The notes below the pieces were generated by a model, which worked only from the letters and a program-made list of their open reading frames with translations, was not told where the DNA came from and did no database searches. Below, in pieces: positions 58,175 through 64,000 of a stretch of DNA of 64,000 nucleotides. The position numbers and the translations under genes are program-made. The stretch covers positions 44,212,401-44,276,400 of the forward strand of contig CM120641.1 of NCBI GenBank assembly GCA_051362555.1. The letters run 5' to 3'. This stretch comes from Lingula anatina (lineage: Eukaryota; Animalia; Brachiopoda). Numbering within the stretch: position 1 is the first letter of the stretch; each line of letters opens with the position of its first letter.

Positions 58175-59873
58175 GACACCCATGCAGCATTTTTATTTAA
58201 GCTGGGACTTCCTTAAAAACCAACATTCAAAATTGGCCATTTCGACTCCCTGTACTCCAACTAGGGGAAAGCCCTGCTGCTGACCATCAATATTATCACC
58301 AGACTGGGCACATTAACCTTCCTTGCTCACCTGAGACAGGTAGTTAAACTGCCAGACTGATTAAATAGCAGAGGTAGTTATTCCATGTTAACTATCCATT
58401 AACATGTTCAATGCCATTGTACTTTTGACCTGCCCTGTACTAATATATTTGCAATTTTGATACATCTTTTTTTTTCGTTGAAGTACTTTAAGACTATATA
58501 TCTGTATCTCTTCTGGACAGGTTTTTAATTCTTTTGTTATATCATCAAGTGTGTGCGAATATGTGCATGCACATGCATACACGCAGCAATCTGATGTCGA
58601 GTTACCTTTCAGAGGTAATATGCATATGATGTATTTGTGTGACCATAAAAATGGAATTCCTTGAAATCAAACATGTGCAAAATAAGTTGCTGAAAGTCTA
58701 AAAGACTTCTAAGTGGCCATCCAAACCATTTTTAAAATGGATGTATAGAAGGTTTTTCTAATTGTACTGTGAAAAAAAATGAACCACATGTACTGTACAT
58801 TTTTTAAAAGATTGTTCTACCATAACACAAAGACATATATCCACTTTTTGTTATCCTAAACAGTACATAGAATATATCTTTAATATAGGACAATTACATC
58901 CCAGGCAAAGTACACAGAATGCTTTGACTATATTGTAAATGCTATATTTATGCAGATCACTAGTAATAATAAAGGCAAGGCTAAACTAAAGGCCAATTTT
59001 CCGAAATTAACATTTGACATTTTCTTGCCATAAACTTCAATATGGTGAAGGAAATGCATACTTAAATTGTACTCATTGAAAGTTCACAAGAGGAAAGTCA
59101 TAAGAATTTTACAACATAAAATCTCAATTTGTAACCATGCGTGCCTGTAATTTTATCACTTTTTTGGTATAGAACATTTTATGTGATGAGTGTACATTAC
59201 ATGGGACTTGTTTTTCATTCTCTCTCTAGGTTTTAGTACTAAACCCACTTTCATAAACATTGCACACTGATACAGCATACCTGATGGTTATATTAATACA
59301 CATACCTAATAGTTGCATCAGGCACGCTTGCCAAATACTTACTAGAAAGAATTACATTTCCTTCATTACTAGCTTAATATATAAAGACAAGTGTGGGTGT
59401 GCATTTGGTTTATCTCCTAGTCAACATATTTTGTTTACATCATAAATGTTTAAGAAATACAATCAAAATGTTCAAAAAGTGAAAACTAATGAATAAATAC
59501 CTGGCTTTTATTATAATATACCAATTAATATCAGGTTATTCTTAATTCAATATTTATTTGAGCTTTTTTCTTCTATTTTTTTAAAGCATAAATAATATTT
59601 CAGGACCAGTTCTTAAACAAGTTGCTCTTTGTATTCTTCAAATTCTATGCAGAAATGGACTTAACATCACTTGATTTGATATCATTTTATCAAAAATCAA
59701 ATTCAACAAATCAATTTATATTTTATTCATTAATCTTATGTACTAATTCGATTATTCACCTTGTCGAGAGTGCTCTTGGAGGCTCCATGGACAGAAGACA
59801 TATACCTGGCCCCAGCCACTCCATTTAGGTAGGCATGCTTCTTTATCAGACAGACAGCACGGAGGAAATGCAT
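34708..59873 (-). CDS. CPS1: Carbamoyl-phosphate synthetase, mitochondrial, CPS1/CPS III family (fused glutaminase and synthetase with C-terminal allosteric domain), complete, 1500 aa
   Basis: 35 coding exons, high to low: 59873-59760, 56808-56699, 56255-56111, 55703-55557, 55331-55239, 54908-54819, 54364-54236, 53893-53790, 53444-53303, 52652-52575, 52262-52167, 46411-46316, 46011-45822, 45144-44987, 44728-44600, 44189-44045, 43669-43593, 43227-43094, 42794-42596, 42376-42200, 41825-41707, 41193-41049, 40802-40737, 40509-40375, 39957-39847, 39514-39320, 39190-38969, 38537-38430, 38020-37931, 37439-37269, 36851-36777, 36266-36102, 35790-35678, 35171-35042, 34812-34708. All introns are GT-AG and the sum is 4503 nt. 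Motifs: [88 protein letters not shown]. It ends SLFHY like vertebrate CPS1 and has no DHOase/ATCase fusion, so it is not CAD. Confidence 0.97.
38545..38613. repeat. (AAT)n(GAT)n microsatellite next to a CPS acceptor
   Basis: Seen directly. Confidence 0.95.
40990..41039. repeat. (AT)n microsatellite
   Basis: Seen directly. Confidence 0.95.
45186..45268. repeat. (GT)n(GA)n microsatellite
   Basis: Seen directly. Confidence 0.95.
45457..45676. mobile_element. MITE-like palindromic element (related remnant at ~23070-23185)
   Basis: TTTAGATCGAC..CTGTCAG is mirrored by CTGACAG..GATCGATCTAAAG. It shares TAGATC(G/A)ACCTAACTCC with 23104-23120. Confidence 0.5.
48202..48427. repeat. Tandem duplication, 2 x ~112 bp
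   Basis: GAGTCAGAAGCATTGGAAGACTGGT...CATGCATGTAAACTGA occurs twice, at 48202 and 48314. Confidence 0.9.
49466..50090. repeat. Four tandem 161-bp units inside the HINE
   Basis: Unit starts at 49466, 49627, 49788 and 49949 (CCGATAACACGATAAG...). The fourth copy is diverged. Confidence 0.9.
50491..51190. repeat. Two tandem ~360-bp units inside the HINE
   Basis: TTGGCATTT..GTGACTTT..GTTCCATG..CTGAAGAC begins at ~50491 and ~50854, with collinear similarity through GGCAATGCAGTCTGTTTGGTA. Confidence 0.85.
52615..53050 (-). repeat. Minisatellite of 8 full 52-bp units plus a partial, each copying a CPS 3' splice site and exon start
   Basis: Unit starts at 52615, 52667, 52719, 52771, 52823, 52875, 52927, 52979, with a partial at 53031. 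On the - strand the unit reads ..TTATTTCAG|GGTATCTATCATGAAAA..CCCTATATTTACTGCACA. Confidence 0.95.
54645..54830 (-). repeat. 34-bp tandem repeat copying a CPS exon end and 5' splice site
   Basis: GCTGGTGAAG|GTAAG with the GT at 54818, 54784, 54750 and 54672, plus a degenerate copy near 54715. Confidence 0.92.
58134..58172. repeat. (CA)n microsatellite
   Basis: Seen directly. Confidence 0.95.
59760..59873 (-). CDS. CPS1: First coding exon of CPS, predicted mitochondrial targeting presequence
   Basis: [38 protein letters not shown]: basic, no acidic residue until near the end, with an R-Y-M-S-S cleavage-like motif. Acceptor at 59889-59890, phase-0 donor, joins in frame to [11 protein letters not shown]. 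Confidence 0.8.
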
Positions 59874-60773
59874 GATTATAGCTCTTGTCTACAACAATAA
59901 AATAAAATAAAGGTATTTAATATACTGTGTAATATGGTCCAATTATGAAATATCTTAATTAACTTTCATTTTCTTCACAAAAATTAAAGCAAAAAATGGC
60001 AAATAATCAGAGTTGGGGGGGGGGGGGGGGGGGGGGATTGAGGTTGTTAAGGGCAAGATAAGAAGACCACCAAAAGATTTGGGCTAAATACAAAGACAAC
60101 CACAACCAGGGCTGAGGGCTGAGCAGCATGGTTCTAGGATCACCGTTGCTATGGGCAACGTATGAGGATTACTGAGGCTGAGGGCACCATAAAAGGATCA
60201 ATGGTGATTTCAAAATTCAAGTTAAGTGGATCACAAAGGGTGTATCTCAGTAGCCTGAAGGTTCATTGGTCCATATGGTTAAAAAAAATCATAATATTTG
60301 ATCAGTTTTTAAAGAAAAGGGTTTGTTGGTCCAAAGATTTTATAATGGACATTCCAACCATTGAACCTTCAGACAATTGTCTGGCACACATCACAAAGAC
60401 CAAGGTCTATGTAAGAGATAACACAGGGCCAATTTAGGTTTGCCGCTGATATTAACGGATCATTGGGACCACATGAGCAATACGGACGAATAAAGTTCTA
60501 ATCAGATGCTTTAGTAAATATCTATTTTTTTTTTTCACAATTTACCTGTTTATTGATAATGACCAATGCTGAAAGCAATTTAAGCCATGTTATGACAATT
60601 TTTTTTATCAAATCATCAACCCTGTTGCTATATGGTAAGTGGAACATCTTTCAGATAAAACAAAATGATAAAAAGGCGTGTGAACACGTGCACGCTCATA
60701 TGAATACATACATATAATAATTATTATATAACACGAGATGCAAAAGAAAAAGAAACGTGTACTGGGTACTTAC

Positions 60774-60841
60774 CTTCAGTGCTATTTCATGTGTTGCCCC
60801 GCACTCTCGGGGTAAATGCTCTGGTCTCCACAAGCGACTGA
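60774..60841 (-). other. Probable non-coding first exon of CPS (5' end approximate)
   Basis: Strong donor GAAG|GTAAGT at 60774/60773. The ATG-containing exon has an upstream acceptor and so needs a preceding exon. Inr-like TCAGTC near 60841-60836. Confidence 0.55.
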
Positions 60842-61440
60842 CTGCTATCTAAATATGCAAAAAATATCCGCCTTTTCACAAAAGTTATCTGATGCAATGT
60901 ATGTTTAGTGAAGAAAAAATAGATGTAGGTCACACTTAAACAGATGACGCAAGACCCAAGCCCACATCTGGGTTGATTGGGAGCCTCTTCAACGATCAGC
61001 CTTCGCCCACGTGGCTTTTTACTAGAAGTTCTTAACATTTTTTCAAATTAACTATTATATGAAGTTCTTTATAATTGCGACACGAGATTACGATACAAAA
61101 AAAGGAAGTAATATTTTCCAATAACAGAAAATCATACTTCCCGCACTAGTTGCTGTTGCGACCACCTGGCAAGTTGACCCGGAGTGACCTGATAAGTGCA
61201 CTTTTCTTGACTAGTTCCTTCAGAGGGGTGCTTGATTAAAAAACTAGGCTGAGATTTTGTGATAAAACTGCGATTTTTCCAGAAATATGAATGGAATTGA
61301 TAGATAAAAAGTTCAAAAAATGTTTTTGTGTCATTTAGTGCACAATTTTTGACAAAAATTTAGCGATCGATTTTTGTGATGTGAAGTTGTACTTGGGACT
61401 AATCAGATTCATTTCCCCGCCATTTTTGCCAAGGAAAAAC
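60842..61440. promoter_or_regulatory. Putative bidirectional promoter between CPS and POLD2
   Basis: Divergent gene starts. Motifs: TGATGCAAT 60890-60898, TGACGCAA 60945-60952, CCAAT (- strand) 60976-60980, CCACGTGG 61007-61014, TTCCCGC ~61138, CCGCCATTTT (YY1-like) 61417-61426. Confidence 0.6.
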
Positions 61441-61527
61441 ATGGCAGAGGGTATGAACAGTGCTAGTACAAACAATTGATATTTTCATAACGTTTCGGAC
61501 AGGCAAAGACTTAATTAGTTATACAAT

Positions 61528-64000
61528 ATGCTGATCAACGTGTCCAAGGCGGAACAAAAAGCGGGAATGTTACTCTCAGACCCTTCTGCCGAGTCTGCTG
61601 TGTTCCCACGATTGTCAACAGCGTATGAAAACCATTCCGAAAGGTTCTTGCTGAAAGAAAAGAACTTCACCAGACAATTTGCTCATTTATACGCCGAGAG
61701 GTTGAGTACACTCAGAACACAGCTTGAACAAAGAGCATTAAGAAAATGGGGTAAGTCAGTGGAGACTTTATCTTGGTGTTTTTTTTCTTTATCCAATAGA
61801 TCAAGCGCTCCTCTCTAGTTAAAAACACTAATGGTATTGTCTTATCACCTTAAAGATAACTGGTGGCTATATTAACCTGCTAACTGATAATATTAATTCA
61901 TTTATTGATCAGTAATTCATGTCAATGTTTTACATTTTATATATGTATGTATTATCTTCAATGTATCGAGGAATGATATAGGAATGTTTTGCTATTGAAT
62001 TGAATTGTCAGGTCAGGAATAAAAACTATATCAGTCTTATTTACAATTTGTGATGCAATATGTGCTTATGTATGAGAGATATATGTGCACACTGCTGTTA
62101 AATGATGATCTTTAATAGAGTGGTAAAGCATGAAACTGAATGGACAGCTGGATCATCTTCAGTACTTTTTCAGTAACCCCCCCCCCCCCCCCCCCCCCCC
62201 CCACACACACACAGGCACATATGCAGCCCTCATATCCCTTTGATTTTCAGTGACTTGGGGGGGGGGGGTCTGCAAAAGTGCCAAACCTTTTGCTTGCCTC
62301 TTACCTCCTTAAAGTCTGTCTATGTAAGGTACATTGTTTTTTATGTATCGCCCATTGTTTCATTTGAATGTACATTTTCTCAGGTAAGGACACACCAATT
62401 AAACAACTTTATCAACTCCAAGCTGATGAGAAGGTCGCTGTCATAGGAACGCTCTTCAAACACATGGAACTAAGACCAAGTATACTCAAAGAGATCAGTG
62501 AGGAGGTAAGAACTGGCGTAACAGAAGTAGTGCATGTGCATGCGTGCCTGTGTGCATGTTTGTGTGTTGACAACTCGAGTAAATTGTTGACTCTTGCCTA
62601 TTTTATGATGAAATTAATTGCTGACTTTTGTCATCAATGTATTTTATGATGAAAACATTAATGTAACTTTAATATTTGTTTTGGATTTGGGAGGAAAAGA
62701 TTCATAGATATGATTGCACAACCCCTTTTAAACTAATTAACCGTGCCAAATATAAAGATATAAGAAGATTTACTAAGATGTATGACTAAGAATTAACATA
62801 ACATAAACTAAACAAATAATTATCCACTATGATGCATATGTTTTTTGACTTACAGTATATGTATCAACCTTGTTCAACATATCACAAGACAAATTCCATG
62901 TTGACTTTTTGTTTAGGAAGACAAAGGGATTGAATTGAGATTTCATTGTCAGTTTTCATTTCCAGAATGCCATGCTACCTCAGCCAGCTCGTAGTAGATA
63001 TACTGATGATAAAGATGAGTTGATCCTTGAGGATGAGTTACAAAGGATACAGTTAAAGGGCTCTATTGATGTCCAGACCATGGTCACAGGTCTGTGTCCA
63101 CTACAGAATAAGTGAAAAACCAAAAAAAAAAAAGATTTGATATTAACCTTACTGCTTTATGAGTCTGTAGAGAATGTTAGGCGCATGCTTTTGTGGGGGG
63201 GGATTGCAAAAAATTGCTAAGTGTCAGTTTGGTATTTGAATATTCATGCATTAATTAATTTTGTATATTGTGTATAAGAATATTTAATGAAATTTGAATG
63301 TAAATAACAAGTTGATTTTGTTGCGTACAATCTAGGTATAGTCATAGCTGTGTATGGCGTGGAACCTGATGAAGATCGTGGAAAGTTTCTGGTGGAGGAC
63401 TATTGTTTCCTCGACATGGCTAGTTCTGTACCAAGGCCTGTGGTGGAACATCCTGTGTAAGTCAAGCTTAGTCTTGATCTACTCTCCAACTCCGAGAAAG
63501 ATCAGGGGCTTGTGTCCATTGATGTTAATTTTTAGATCAAAATTTTGGTCTACATAAACTTAAGGTAGCTCTGTGGAAGTCATCTGAAATAAGTTTTTTT
63601 TTTTTTTTTTTTGCTTCTCTAGATATAATGCTAGAATGAATATATATTAATAAAAAATATAAAGGCCCCACACAATACTTTATCCACATTTTGGAGTTAC
63701 CCATTACATGTTACATATGTAATTCACGTTATATTTTTGCTTGGTGTATACTGACATGAACAGATAGACCACAATGGTTTAAAGCCTAATATACCATGTT
63801 CTATGTATGCTCTACTACACTGCACTGCACAACACATTTTGCCTCTGTCCCCTAATGATTTCCTATTTCTCACTCATTCACTCACTCACTCATCATTTCA
63901 TCAGTGCTTTTTATTTAAATTAGGTATGTTGCCATGGTATCAGGGTTGGACATTGGTGGCAAGTCCAGCAATTTGCTGAGTGTCCAGATGTTAGTGGACG
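61528..64000 (+). CDS. POLD2: DNA polymerase delta subunit 2, 3'-partial
   Basis: Exons 61528-61750, 62384-62505, 62966-63089, 63336-63456, 63924->64000 with consistent phases. Motifs [63 protein letters not shown] match POLD2. Confidence 0.95.

Noticed and set aside
34708-59873. CAD (pyrimidine CPS II) identity
   Set aside because: The stop follows the allosteric domain, no dihydroorotase or ATCase exons follow, and there is a mitochondrial presequence and NAG-site residues.
62384-62389. POLD2 exon starting with GTAAGG (recursive-splice-like AG|GT)
   Set aside because: It follows from a split Gly codon plus Lys, and the flanking intron is short, so recursive splicing is not needed.

Overview
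AT-rich, intron-rich animal genomic DNA, probably an invertebrate such as a mollusc (inferred from repeat content; not proven). It carries three spliced genes, which I reconstructed by hand from GT-AG sites and reading-frame continuity. (1) A + strand, divergent type IV-like collagen alpha chain: about 23-24 exons from ~117 to the stop at 29683, signal-peptide exon upstream of the window, with a 7S-like Cys start, an interrupted Gly-X-Y helix, a complete 12-Cys NC1 domain and an unusual 32-aa Pro-rich tail. (2) A complete - strand mitochondrial carbamoyl-phosphate synthetase of the CPS1/CPS III family: 35 coding exons, 59873 to 34708, 1500 aa, keeping both the glutaminase Cys and the N-acetylglutamate-site residues. 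(3) The 5' part of POLD2 on the + strand (61528 to the window end), head-to-head with CPS across ~600 bp. Two CPS introns hold tandem arrays of duplicated splice sites (8 x 52-bp acceptor units; 34-bp donor units). Another holds a 5.4-kb TIR element with a nested Helentron-type (HINE) insertion. Most ORFs in the supplied track are spurious, exon read-throughs or antisense shadows. I found no prokaryotic-type system, CRISPR array, rRNA or tRNA.
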